Shown here: piece by piece, positions 1 to 12,319 of the stretch
Numbering within the stretch: position 1 is the stretch's first letter
Layout: every line of letters begins with the position of its first letter
Assembly: GCA_910592345.1 (NCBI GenBank)
Contig: CAJVPI010000288.1
Coordinates: 1 to 36,599 of the forward strand
DNA: 36,599 nt
Direction of reading: 5' to 3'
Source: Paraglomus brasilianum
Lineage: Eukaryota
The notes under the pieces: model-generated
Told to the model about the DNA's origin: nothing
The model's database searches: none
Seen by the model: only the letters and a program-made list of their open reading frames with translations
Translations under genes and position numbers: made by a program

Positions 1-201
1 ACGAGGCTTCAAAAAGCTTAGAAATGCAATGAAACAGACTACGATGGATCAATTTTTTAAATAATAAATAACCAATGATATTTACTTATTTCCTAATTTC
101 ACGTGCAATCAATCAAATTCTTACCCTCCATAAATGCACACCCTCCATAAATGCACGCTTTCCTCCATTCCCAAGGGCGTGCATTTATGGAGGGTTCACT
201 G
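1..201 (+). mobile_element. Right end of a pogo/Tigger-type DNA transposon, truncated by the window start
   Basis: Bases 2-64 read RGFKKLRNAMKQTTMDQFFK*, a PIP-box-like pogo transposase C-terminus. This is followed by repeated CCCTCCATAAATGCAC motifs and the terminal repeat ...GTGCATTTATGGAGGGTTCACTG plus TA (202-203). Confidence 0.8.
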
Positions 202-539
202 TAATAGTAGGATGAGCCAAATCCCCATATGTCTTGTGATATTCTGATAAACCATCTTTATCTTCTAATTGATTTTTTTGTAATTAGTACAGCACGGCAT
301 GTTTGAATAATGCGAATAATTGAGGTAGGTTCTCAATCTGTTTCTGTCCAAATCATATGCTGGGCGAACGAGATAATGTTGGGCAATTTCTCCATATTAA
401 GATACTTATTTTCATTTCGGTATTATATATTTTTTTAGTAAAAAAGACGATTGCGAGCACGAGAATGGAATCTTGATTCCGCGTTACTGAATTGGAGATA
501 TTATTGTGGTACTAAAAAAAATTATTAATATACTGTATA

Positions 540-1284
540 CGCTCCCCGGAAGAAGTATCCAGACGAAGTTTTTTTACTTTACGAAAACTTGATGTAACGA
601 TTATAGAAGAAATTAGTTTGTAGCTTATAATAATTAAAAAGCAAGTAAAATCAATTTCGCCGGTCTTTGTTTTAATTTTCATTGTAGTATCGGCTGGCCA
701 TCCATTATTAGAAATATATGCCTCGAGCCTTCTTGGCATGCTCGCAATTAAATTGGAATACGTCTATAAGAAATTATTGACCATTCCTATTTCAGCAATC
801 TCCAAATCTTTGGCATTTTTGGGATGTTGTTTTCCGGTTTCTCACGACGCCTTTCAAGTTGTGTTCAATTATAGGTCAGGAGATTGAGACGGCCAATCAG
901 GTAGAATTTTTACTTCTTTTCTTCCTAATCCAATTGGCAACATTTTCTGCTGTATGCACAAGGGCATTGTCATCTTGAATGCACCTTTACCATTAAAGTC
1001 ACTTCTGATATAATCTTGATTCATCCTTCATAATGGACCCATACCTCTTCCCGAAAAGCATCCCCATACCATGATTCCTATAACAAAAATAAGTAATAAT
1101 TTTACAAACAATTCTCTCTTTAAAATTAAAACTTAAAAATTAAATGCTAATTGCCCCCGAAAAAGCTGAATGCTTCAAAATTATAAGCTACAAACCGATT
1201 TCTTCTATAATCGTTACATCAAGTTTTGCGTAAAGTAAAAAAAAAAAAAAACTCCGGACGACGGATACTTTCTTTCGGGGAGCG
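540..1284 (-). mobile_element. Internally deleted Tc1-family transposon with long TIRs
   Basis: TA at both ends. About 90-bp inverted arms start CGCTCCCCG(G/A)AAGAA and share AAAACTTGATGTAACGATTATAGAAGAAAT. Decayed minus-strand transposase motifs: GIMVWGCFSGRGMGP, QDDNA, WPSQSPDL*, SMPRRLEA. Confidence 0.88.
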
Positions 1285-1771
1285 TATATTAGATATATGT
1301 AAAATTTATTTGTAATAAAATAGAGAAAGTTTACAAAAGGAATACGAGGAAAATAAGGTTGTTTCTATTATTATTTACATAGTTTCATTTAAATCACTCT
1401 CAACAGTTCTTATTCTTGTCAACTATTATTACTTTAGTATACAGTTTTACCAAAAAGGTAAAGAAGAGAAGGAAGATTAGCACTGAATATTAATGTACCT
1501 ACAAGTAAATGTGTGACCTATTACTATTCGCCGAAAGTCAATTTAAATTTCCAGCGATCGTCTACAACTGCGCCGTTTGGATGATAAACACGGATTATTA
1601 CTTTTTATGGAAAAATTATCAAATCAAAGACCAACCAATCACATTTCGATCTATGGGACAAAATGGGAGGCCATTATGGAATTATATATACTATTACCAT
1701 TCACGTGTCCACACATCATACATTTCTTCGCCTGAAGCAATCGTGGATATAGGTTATACATATACGACAAG

Positions 1772-2362
1772 ATGGTTTTATCAATTGGCCAGATATTCTA
1801 CTGTGTTTTGCTGGTTATTAATGCTATAGCAGTGTTGAACGAACAGAGATTTCTTGCGAGAAGTAAGTGAAAGTCGATAAAAGTCAAGAGCGGTAGAATT
1901 GGAGTTACAAGGTGGATAGAGGCAATTTTAGACGCTTAGGTGATCAAAACAAGACAGTTTGAGAGATCATCTGTTACTAATAGAGCAAGTATACCGATAG
2001 AAACCGATGCAATTGCTCTAGAAGACTTTCTATTTCGGGGGAACTGTTAATCAGCGTATTTGTCAACATGTTCACTTCCTTAGTCAATATGCTCGTCTCA
2101 CTGTATACTCCTCTTCTCTTTGTAGTTGGAATGAGTCCACAGTCGGATCAAGGCTTTGGCGGCGATGGTCCATCACTTAAAACCAACATTATAAATCTCA
2201 TATCAGCCGTAAGAACGCTGATGCGAAGTAAGAATCATTTTTGAATAAACGTATGGTTGTAAGCATAACCATTAATTTATTGACTTTGCATTTGTTCAAT
2301 TTCTAGTTCCGTTAATTGCTGTGAATATTCTTGTCATTATGTATGAGATATTACTTGGATAA
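1772..2362 (+). CDS. YOS1: Yos1/IER3IP1 ER-Golgi transport membrane protein, 82 aa; exons 1772-1862, 2126-2227, 2307-2362
   Basis: Spliced translation is MVLSIGQIFYCVLLVINAIAVLNEQRFLARIGMSPQSDQGFGGDGPSLKTNIINLISAVRTLMRIPLIAVNILVIMYEILLG*. GT-AG introns are in matching phase. It carries the family motifs NAIAVL.E.RFL and AVRT.MRIPLI. Confidence 0.95.
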
Positions 2363-3309
2363 TGGTCTCCGCAACGTCTATTGAAATCCTGTGTGCTACT
2401 AGCGCTTCAGCTATAATATTCTTATTTGAATGGCACTTACGATGTAATGACTTGTGAAAATATTTCCAATAATAGACATTTTAAAGATTCACATAGCTGG
2501 TTCTTTATAATATCTGACTGGCTAGATAGATGATCGAATAAATATGGTAGAGACGAAAGTATTCATGATTGGACTGTTATAATGTATGCGAGATGTTCCA
2601 TTTCATCTTAAATGTGAAAGACATGTCTGCACGCCATTTTGATTCTAATGTTATAACAATTTACGCGTTCTGGTACTTTTTTGATCAAGTTGAAATTACT
2701 AAAAAGACCTCAAAAATTCAAGTTTGAGTACGAGCGTAAGCGGCACAGAATATAAACCAGATAACACCCATATAAATCACCAAGTGTCCTGAACATATAC
2801 TGTACGTATCAAGAGCAGAAGGCTGTGGCAGCTTTGACTGGTTTTGTTGCAGCCTCATAAAGTAAGCCACGACGTATTATACGTAACTCATATGATGCTT
2901 TCTGGTTCACGCTTTTTATTGTTTGCGAAAAATAATGTATGAATGGACGGCATGACAATTCTTTTCTCCGATGCATCAAATCTGCAAAAAAAAAAGAAGA
3001 AAAAAAAGAGAAAATTCTCGAAGTTTTTAGATTAAAAGGTATTTTACAAAAAAAATGTTAATAGGTTGGATGATTTTTCTATCTCATACAGAAAGTCCTT
3101 CGCTACACTCCGGTGGTTTGATACGATCTCGTCTCGCTTTCTGTTCCTTATCGCAACTACACAAGGAGAAGTATAGGCAAGAATTTGAAAATTTTACTCA
3201 AATGTCACGTGTCAACTATATATCGTTGCATTTTTATCCATGTCACACGACGAAATAGTTACTTTTTCTCGGATAATATATCTTGGGTGGTGAAAACAAA
3301 GAGTATATA

Positions 3310-4472
3310 ATGAGCCATCGAAATGTGTTACTTCCGGGTAAGAAAGAGGATCTTCTCGACGTTTGCATGAAGGCTATAGCTACTAATAGGATAATTTTGT
3401 TTAAATAGTATCTTTCTTCACGAAAATACGCATCTATCCGTTCCAATGTAGACTCCCAAAAATAATAAGGCACATAAAGCTATAATTCCGTGCCTAAAGC
3501 CGTGATTTTTTCTGTATTAATTTTCCGCTCGATCATTACGCTAATACCCATAGAACATTTCAGATTCGTTCATACAACACCATGTCTGCGTGCTGATAAA
3601 CAAACAGTACCAACTAGACAATTGCCGGCAGTAGGCGCTTCTTCAATTTTTGATATGGTGGAGGAGAAAGATGATATTGAAGCTGCTAAAAAGAAAGGCA
3701 GACAGCGGGCAAAACTGTGTAATCCTTTCAGAAAGCCTGTTGTTACTGAAGCTTCAAAGAGGCACACCGAGGTTAGTTCGATACCGGGTAATGGTTATTA
3801 AATTTTCAGTAATTTCGAACTTACTGTGAACTGTTGTTACAGCATAATTATTCTACGATGGACTTCCGAATAGCTCCAAGAAAGTTGAACATGCTTGCTC
3901 GTCAAATAAATGGAAAGAATGTTAATTATGCAATAAGCCAGATGCAGTTCTCTCCCAAGAAAGCATCAAAGAAGATTATGAATTCCTTGTGTACTGCAAG
4001 AGATCATGCATGGAGGTACAAAATGATGGATCCAAAGAAACTTTATATTGGTAAGTAGAACTGATAGTAGCGCTATGGGAAGATTCAATCTTGCCGTAAT
4101 CCATATTTGTGAATTCCAACTTTAATCAGATCTTCTCTTATTAATTTGATAACGGAAGCATTATGTACTTTATTAAGTCACTTGCGTGAACTTTGCTAAT
4201 TTTGAACTTTCTCATTTTTCATAGATAGAGCGTGGGTTGGCAAAGGCCTATATCGTCGGAAGAGGGCGTATGGTGCGCGTGGACGGTTGTTTACACTTAA
4301 ATTGAAAAAGGCTCACATGAAGTTTGTCGTTAAAGAAGCGAAACAGGAAGGGGAGGGTCGACCGGAGAAGAAGAAAATAAAAGGAATGAATTGGGAAAAG
4401 AAGAAAAAAGTTTGGATGCCGTTATTGGAAGACAAACCTATTTATAACCCTTCCAAGTTTTACAATTGGTAA
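3310..4472 (+). CDS. MRPL22: Mitochondrial ribosomal protein uL22m; exons approx. 3310-3337 (uncertain), 3554-3771, 3843-4050, 4225-4472
   Basis: L22 motifs FRIAPRKLNMLARQINGK..YAISQMQFSPKKAS and LYIDRAWVGKGLYRRKRAYGARGR..LKKAHM are joined by in-phase GT-AG introns. The first exon and start codon are less certain. Confidence 0.9.
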
Positions 4473-4780
4473 AAGCAGACAAGAATGCATGAGCATTAAA
4501 AGAGCAGGCGGATAATGTCCTCGCCAATCTTATTATTGATTGCACAACTGTCGAAGATATGTGATGAGTATTAATAAAATATGGTTTCAGCAATATTGAT
4601 GGAATAATGGAGTTGTGCATTCTTTATTAGTCTGAGCACTAAAGGTGCAACAGTCCATGCCAAAAGTACATTGCATTACGTGTCACCAATAGTGGTAACT
4701 TTGTAATCAATACTCTCAGAAATGTTGATGAATTATGTAAATAGTATAATTTATCAGAGGTGTCAGTAAATGACAGTTTG

Positions 4781-6509
4781 CTAATCCTTCTTGCCATGAG
4801 TGTCATCACCAATCTTTGCCTGTCTCCCCTCAGCGTCCCCGCTCCATAATCCCATTAATATTGTCACATGGCATAGTAGTAAAAGTTGGGAGCTTTCAGC
4901 TGTGGCAGGATACACATTCCAACAATACTCGACTGCCATCATGATCACAAATCTAAAGGAGAACATATATTAACAAAATCCGTCAACCCATCGATTTGGT
5001 TAATGAACACACGCATACCTCAGAGGAATGGGGATCATAGTACAATGCCAAAGGAGAAGTGGTATGCTATGGAAATACCAACTATAGAATTGATAATGGA
5101 GTGTCCTTGAAAACATAATCCCTATGAAATTGCTGGTAAACATGACTGTTGTTATATCTTAATATTATTTACAGTTAGGGATAAAAATCAATATCTAAAG
5201 GCAACCAACAGAGTATGTATGTAAAAAGATACGATTTGCTGTTAGCCAACGACTCTCTTCACTTCCATATGATGTTGCCATTATTCCACTGTACAGCATA
5301 GCAAACACACCGTTTTCTGATCTAAGGGAAATTTTGGAACGTTATCACGTTATCAACGCACTCGTTCATAATGCTATACATACTTACATACCGGCACCAC
5401 TTTTTGAAAAGAAAAGCCATTAATACCCAAAAATGACAAACAAGCAGTAGCTTTGCAAACCATGCGCTCAAGAATACTTTCTCATCAAGTAATTTCCAAT
5501 TGACAGTCCACTTGTAAGTAAATACACGTGATAACTCAAATGCTCGACTGAAATACTCGTACGGATGAACAGTGATAAATGGATAAGCTAGGGCGATCTA
5601 ATAAAACAGTAAAATATACGTTATGTAAAATATAATGGAATAAGAAGAATTTCTGTCAAACAATTACCTGGACCAAGATTATATAGCCAACGTTTAGGAT
5701 ACTTTTATACAAACCTAGTGCTTTGAACAAGAGTAAACCAAAAGCAGGGAAAAATAGTAGAATATTCATCTTGATCATTGAAAGAATACCAAGGTAAATA
5801 AAAATCATAGCCAGGGGGTCGTTAAATAATCTCAAAACGTATATCGAATGAATGCGCTTGGACAAACATAATGGGACTAGGATATATGGCGGTATCTATG
5901 ACATAACATTTATTTTGATTAGAAGCTTCACGAACAAAGTATTGTGATGAAGACATTCATCTAAATATGTCACCTTGAGGGAGCATCTATATATATAGAA
6001 AACAATTAATAATGTTAAAAGATATAACAGAATATACAGATATTGAGCCAATTGGATGTTTCTTCCTGAATCCGTGGCATAATGAAACAGAGAAAAGATA
6101 TAGACAAATCCTGCAGGGTATCTAATTATATTGAATATAAATTTCCACTAATAAGTTTATCAGTTATATACTCGAGTCGATTTGAAAATAATCAATACTA
6201 TGTACATACACTAAAGGACCGGTATCTCCACGTAAGTTGGAATAATTATGCTCCCCATTTAGAAAACCAGCCACTTCTTGCATATATGATATCCAGTCAA
6301 TTTCAGTATCTACCACAAGTATGCAATAAACAGCAGGGTCACTAGAAGATCATGATATCAGTATAATCAATGTTTGCAAACATACATTTCACTTTCTTGA
6401 CAATGACCAAATTGAGTAGAGTCTCAAGTAGCAATAACAATGTAGCAGTATGCCAGTAGTATTTGGTATCAAAGAGTAAACTGGATATAATCTTTACGGG
6501 TTTTGACAT
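4781..6509 (-). CDS. ALG3: Dol-P-Man:Man5GlcNAc2-PP-Dol alpha-1,3-mannosyltransferase (multi-exon), with an apparent internal deletion
   Basis: Starts [19 protein letters not shown]. Contains motifs [51 protein letters not shown] and WNVYPAT across GT-AG introns. Confidence 0.93.
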
Positions 6510-6635
6510 GGTAATGGTGGATGAGCGAGTTGTGATCTTACCTGTCCCAATTATATTTTCACACGGTCACAAAAATTCAGTTCAGTTTAAGAATTCCTAT
6601 TACTATCAAATATTGTTTTAATACTCGAATGGTTT
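6510..6635. promoter_or_regulatory. Probable bidirectional promoter shared by ALG3 and the Derlin gene
   Basis: Only 126 bp separate the two divergent start codons. Confidence 0.6.
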
Positions 6636-7940
6636 ATGATGGCAATGCCAATAGAAGAGTGGTATTATGAAGTCCCTCTAATCACCAGAACTTACATGAC
6701 AGCAGCTGTGGCGACTAGTTTGCTAGTGGTTAGCATCAAAACACTATCATAGAGAAGTAATATGGAAACGGAATTACTAACAGGTTTCGTTGTTATTCCA
6801 GTATCTCGGTATAATAAGTCCTTATCAGCTGTATTTCAACTATGATTTGATAGTTCACAGACATCAGGTATGCTTGACGTTGAACTCTGCGTTTTGACGA
6901 GCATAGCAAGTTATTGTAAATTTCAAGATTTGTTGCCTGTCTCGCACTATTTAATCGATTTGTGACTACATTGGTTTCTTTGATAGTATTGGCGTCTAGT
7001 TACCAACTTTTTGTACTTTGGAACATTCTCACTTGAATTTCTATTTCATATGTTCTTCCTGTATGTAAAGTTAAATTTATTATATTATGTTTAATTATCC
7101 GAGATATTTGATCCATTGAAATACAATTTCCTTAACCAGAGTTCGTCACAGTCGAATGCTGGAAGAAGGTTCATTTCGAGGAAAGACTGCCGATTTCTTC
7201 TGGCTGCTGATTTTTGCTGCAACTGCCACACTTGTAAGTTTATCGGCCATATCATATCTCAATCTGCTATTATGTTTATTTCATCAATGTAATAAGTTTG
7301 CCGATAATTTACAGCTACTCTCTCCCATCGCGAGTTTGTTACCTGGCCCGCCAATGACATTCCTCGGTTCACCACTGGCCTTTACACTGGTCTATATATG
7401 GTCACGTCGTAATCCCTGGATACGTCTTAATTTCCTAGGTCTATTTGTATTCAGTGCCCCATTCCTGCCATGGGTACTATTGGGGTTCTCATTACTACTC
7501 AATAGCGGCTTTCCCACAGGAGATCTCATGGGAATCGCGGTAGGCCATATTTACTATTTCTTCGAAGACGTATGGCCGAATGAGAGACAGAGTGGAGGGG
7601 TGCGAATTCTGAAGACACCTGCTTTCATGTGAGTAATAATGTGGATAGGGATATTTACCCGTAATCAGCCATTCATGATTACATGTTCGAATATCTCAGA
7701 AAATGCAATATGATGCCTGTTAAGATCATTTTCGCTAAAGTGTGTATATCTTCAATTCCTCACACCTCCCCCCGAAGAACTCGATTGTTTGAGAGAACAT
7801 CAAACGACGTTAACATAAGACAGCCCGAAAATATAGGTTTTCCTGCTGATGATATTGATACTGGTGCTGATAATGAACAACAAGGAAGCGTTGCCAACAC
7901 CACAAATGTTGCACCAGATGTGACCGCGCCGGCAACATAG
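6636..7940 (+). CDS. DER1: Derlin (Der1/Derlin-2-like ERAD membrane protein), multi-exon
   Basis: Contains [65 protein letters not shown] and [16 protein letters not shown]. The last exon starts after an AAG acceptor near 7777. The start could be 6636, 6639 or 6645. Confidence 0.93.
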
Positions 7941-8254
7941 TAATAACATGCGTCAAGAATGGATGATGAAGCGACTGGCATTGGCCGGTGCAGAACAAAC
8001 GTACTTATGTATTATGTCTTAGAGTGTAAAAGAAGCAATTTGATATGTCCAACAATTTTGATCTAGATTTATCTCTTTATCGACCGATTAGATCGCGAAA
8101 ATCTAACTTACATCCGAAAATTTCGTGTATGATTCACAAATTAGAGAATCGCATTATAGTATGAAACCGACAATTAGACACATTTAGATCTGGCACTGCA
8201 AGGAACGACAAACAGTCCGCAAACATAAATAATGAATAAAGCTATTCTGCCCCA

Positions 8255-10126
8255 TCAATCCGACCTACTCTCTATTATTCTCCAAACATCCTCAGCCTTA
8301 CATTCAACCTGCGTATTGAGATCCAGGTCTTTTACGGATACAAATCCCGTTTCAACTTCATTCTTTCCGATAATAACCACGTGGGAAGCATTAGATTTCA
8401 CTGCCTGCGCAATGGCAGTTTTCAGTGCCAGAAACTGAGACTTTCGCGGATGATTTAACAGAGTCTTGATGCCTTTTGTGCGTAGAGACTTTGAGATTTG
8501 CACAGAAGCAATCATGAGCTCAGAAGATACGGAAGGAGAGTCGGATTTGTCGGGCACTGTTATTACTGCAACATGACGATTAGGTAACGGGAGCAGAGAA
8601 GGAGTGATTAACAGCGCTAGCCTGTCTATGCCTGCGGCCCATCTAAAGATATACAATTAGTCATGTTCAATCGAATTATACACAAATGTAAGGCATATTG
8701 AAGTCCAATATAATAATTATCAACCCACCCAACAGCCGGAATTTCCTCCTTCCCACCCATACGTTTAACCAAACAATCGTAACGTCCGCCAGCAAGTATG
8801 GTGTCCTGCGTGGGCCCTAGACTCTTATCTGTACACTTGAATTCAAAAATAGTTTCCTCGTAATAGTCAAGTCCTCTAACTAATCGAGGATTGACTTTGT
8901 AAGGAATGCCTAATTGATCTAGCATTTTACAGACATTCTGAAATCGCAAAAATGATTCTGAAGTATAATAGTCAGAGATTACTGGGCATGAAGCAATTGT
9001 CGAGGCATCTTGTGGTTTTTTAGAATCAAGGACACGCAATGGGTTTGTTTTGACTCTGTTAAATAAAGGTAAGATATACTAGATGAGATAACTAGTAACC
9101 GAAAATTGGAATTCATCGGTTGATTAAAGAGCGTTATTACTGGTAAGTGAGATGAAGTAGAATACAATACACCATTTACCGTCGTTGGCTATCATCAGAT
9201 AAACGCTCAATATGTTTCTGGAAATAACTGCGAATGACGTCTCGATATTGATTCCTTGAGACATGATCGCCAAGCGAATTTATTTCTAGCTGAGAGTTAT
9301 AGTTAGCCTACCAAGCTCTCAAATATTAAAACAATATAGAAACATGCACCTCTACTCGGTTTCCCATCCCTATCTTGTTCAAGAATGTCCATGCCATATC
9401 AATGATCTCGGCATCTGATGCGGGATTATTATGACCAAACATTTCGATTCCAAATTGTTCAAACTGAGTGAAACGATAGACATTAACAATTAAATTTTTT
9501 AAGTTATCAATTAATAATCTAGAGGGTTTACCTGTCTCAATCTTCCTTTCTGAGGTCTCTCGTGACGAAACATTGGTCCATAATAATATAACCTTTGTGG
9601 TAAGAATTGTTGCAATTTATTACTTATTAAAGCACGAACTATTCCTGTAAATCGATATTAATCGACACGCGTTTACAATAAATGGATAACAAATCATCAC
9701 ATTCAAGATATGCCGTATAATTACCAGCCGTCCCTTCGGGCCTTAGAGTCAAATGATCTCCTCCTTTATCAGTAAAGCTATACAGTTCTTTACCAACAAT
9801 ATCCGAATCATTTCCTAGCGTTCTCTCAAATACATGTGAAAATTCCAATATCGGCGTTGTAAACTACAAACATAAGATTAATCAAATTTGTCAACACGAG
9901 TCAGCAGACAATGTCACGATAGATCGTATTATATACTGACATGTTCAAAGCAATACGATTCTGCTACGGACGCAGCAGTTTGTTGAATAAAATTATACCG
10001 AACATCCTTTTCACCAAAACGATCGTGGGTTCCGCGTACAGGTCGAGAAGGATCTAGTTTACTCAACGAAGAAGCCTTGGGAGCTGTTATTATAGAACGA
10101 AGTCGAGAAACCAGTAACTTCCACAT
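8255..10126 (-). CDS. hisS: Histidyl-tRNA synthetase, bacterial type, probably mitochondrial; 7 exons
   Basis: Contains [111 protein letters not shown] and a C-terminal anticodon-binding domain. The N-terminus [11 protein letters not shown] resembles a presequence. An upstream start near 10144 is also possible. Confidence 0.92.
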
Positions 10127-10260
10127 GACCTCATCTATCAACATCTGATTACAGAGTTTTTCAAAACGCCACGGTAGTACAAAACGCGTGTTAAAATTTA
10201 ATCCTTTAGAAAAATCCGCCTGTAAATACCGGAGATTTGTCAAGAAATACTTGTTTATTA

Positions 10261-10712
10261 CAAGTGATTCTCGATATAAGAACATTCCGATATAGAAAAA
10301 TGGCCCATAAGAAAGGTTTTTGGCTGGTCCCAATTTTTCACTATGAAATTTTATTTTTATATAAGAAGATTTATTATAAATCTCTCGATATAAGAAAGTT
10401 TGTGCCAAAAATTTCTCAATGTAAGACCCTCTCTGCATAATAATAACGTTGTCTCAATGCATTTTGTAAACCGCTTTCTGTGGTGGATTATAATCTATTA
10501 ACTAAGACTGTTTTACACCAATATTATTCTGTTTTACCGATCAGTCAAATAACGACATTAAGGTAGATGAGTCTTTTTTGTTCAAAGTCTATGTCGTCTT
10601 AAGAAAGACGTGGTAAATGGCAGTATTAAGAATAGTGTAAATAAAGTTTTGCTATAAGAAAGGTTTAGGAATTCGTTGGCCCATACTACTTTCTTATATC
10701 GAGAGCCACTTG
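10261..10712. mobile_element. pogo/Tigger-type MITE
   Basis: Inverted termini TA|CAAGTGATTCTCGATATAAGAA ... TTCTTATATCGAGAGCCACTTG|TA, internal repeats of ATAAGAAAG(G)TTT, no transposase. Confidence 0.85.
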
Positions 10713-11939
10713 TATTGGTCATAAACTAAATTCGTACCGAAATAACCTGTTAATAATCCAAATTATTACGGACAAATACAAATCATATCTTGGCTGATAT
10801 TTCTGTTGTATGTAAATGCGGTTTTTGGGGTATATGCAAGAGGCACAAAACTATAGCATTCCTTTTGTATGTTACCAAATAGCCAGATGTCGTAAGAGCC
10901 GAATTATGATGGCCCAAGGAACGAAGAGTTTGTGTAATCTTTTATAACATTAGAATGCTTGCGCTCAACAGTACGGAAGGGAAATGCTATATTAGGTCGA
11001 AAATGTGAAATAATTTGACGCTGAGCTTCGAGCATTGTGTTTTGCAAATTATAAAAGCGAAAACATCATCACTTTATACTGTACTTCCAGCCGCCACTAT
11101 TTTCATTCCAATATGTTCCCATGTTCCTGATGTTCTCCTAACATACGAAATAAAATCTCAATAATACACGAATCCACGGACAGTCTTAAGTGTAATTATT
11201 GTGATTTTTGGGCTATTTGAACTATGGTGTTCTAATAACATTTAACGCAGCAATTTGTGAGTCGCAAAGCCTCTCAGTCGCATGCCAACACTTTGTTAAA
11301 CCGAATTTCATTGTATAAAGTGCACGTAATTCGAGTTCATTATATATACACACAAGCTTGAACCAACTTCTGGCCTACTACAAAGTGATATTATCTGCAA
11401 ACATGTTTATTAAACATTAAATGAAATAGTAATGGTCGTTCTTCGTTGAATGTATCACGCCAAAACGTGCAAGCTTCAGAATTCAGAATCGGTTATTTAT
11501 TATTTGACAAATTATGTATTAGTTATCAAGATGCATTAATCCAAAGTCAGATCCTTTTTCTTAAAACTTTTGACGGGTTAACCCTAATAATTTTAAAAAT
11601 AATTTCCTTGAAATAAATTGTACTGCTGCCTGTTTAAGTTTCGATACTTACAACTGCATTTTGAACAATGTATATTCTAGAACCCGTTTACATATTAAGC
11701 ATAAATGAGAGAGGATTGTAAGTATGAGATCCAGGTAATTCATCACTTCTTCAGTAATTCGGAGGCGCTATCCGAGCATAGTAGTACAAGGCACCAGACT
11801 AACGCTAAGAATAAATTTAGGTGAGAAACGTTAAAAGTTAAGTTAATCAACCAATCGTCATTAAACATATCGATATACCAATGAGAATGAATAACTTTAA
11901 TCATATGTCATACGAGAATATGCTAATAACAGTAGTAAA

Positions 11940-11960
11940 GATGATGATGATGATGATGAT
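11940..11960 (+). repeat. (GAT)7 microsatellite
   Basis: Seen directly; followed by AAT units. Confidence 0.9.
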
Positions 11961-12319
11961 AATAATAAACTAGCAATAATTAAACCAAAACCAATAGTCG
12001 TCTTTCTTTTTGCCTCTGGCAGAATCGATTAAGTAACCTCGTTGAATTGCGAAGCGCTAATTTGTACGGCAGTAGAATTAAGTAAAGCGCGCAAAACTTA
12101 AGTGAGCAGCTACGATAAGTAATAGTACGTCCCGGCGAGCCAATCATAATAATAATGATAATAATAATAATGTTTCAATTGATTCTATTGTTACACTAAA
12201 ACAATGTATCACAAAACTTCACTAGCCCGACCATTGAACATTCACACAACCTCACCTTAAGGGAGACTATTATCAGATATAAGTGAAAAATCTACTTACT
12301 AGTATCTCTTGAGCTCGAA

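Noticed and set aside
121..200. Short direct repeats (also in 10261-10712 and 32240-32360) that could mimic a CRISPR array
   Set aside because: Spacing is irregular and they lie next to TIRs. They are pogo/Tigger subterminal repeats in a eukaryotic context.
1509..1829. 106-aa ORF upstream of and overlapping YOS1
   Set aside because: Non-ATG start, no recognisable motif, and it overlaps YOS1 exon 1 out of frame.
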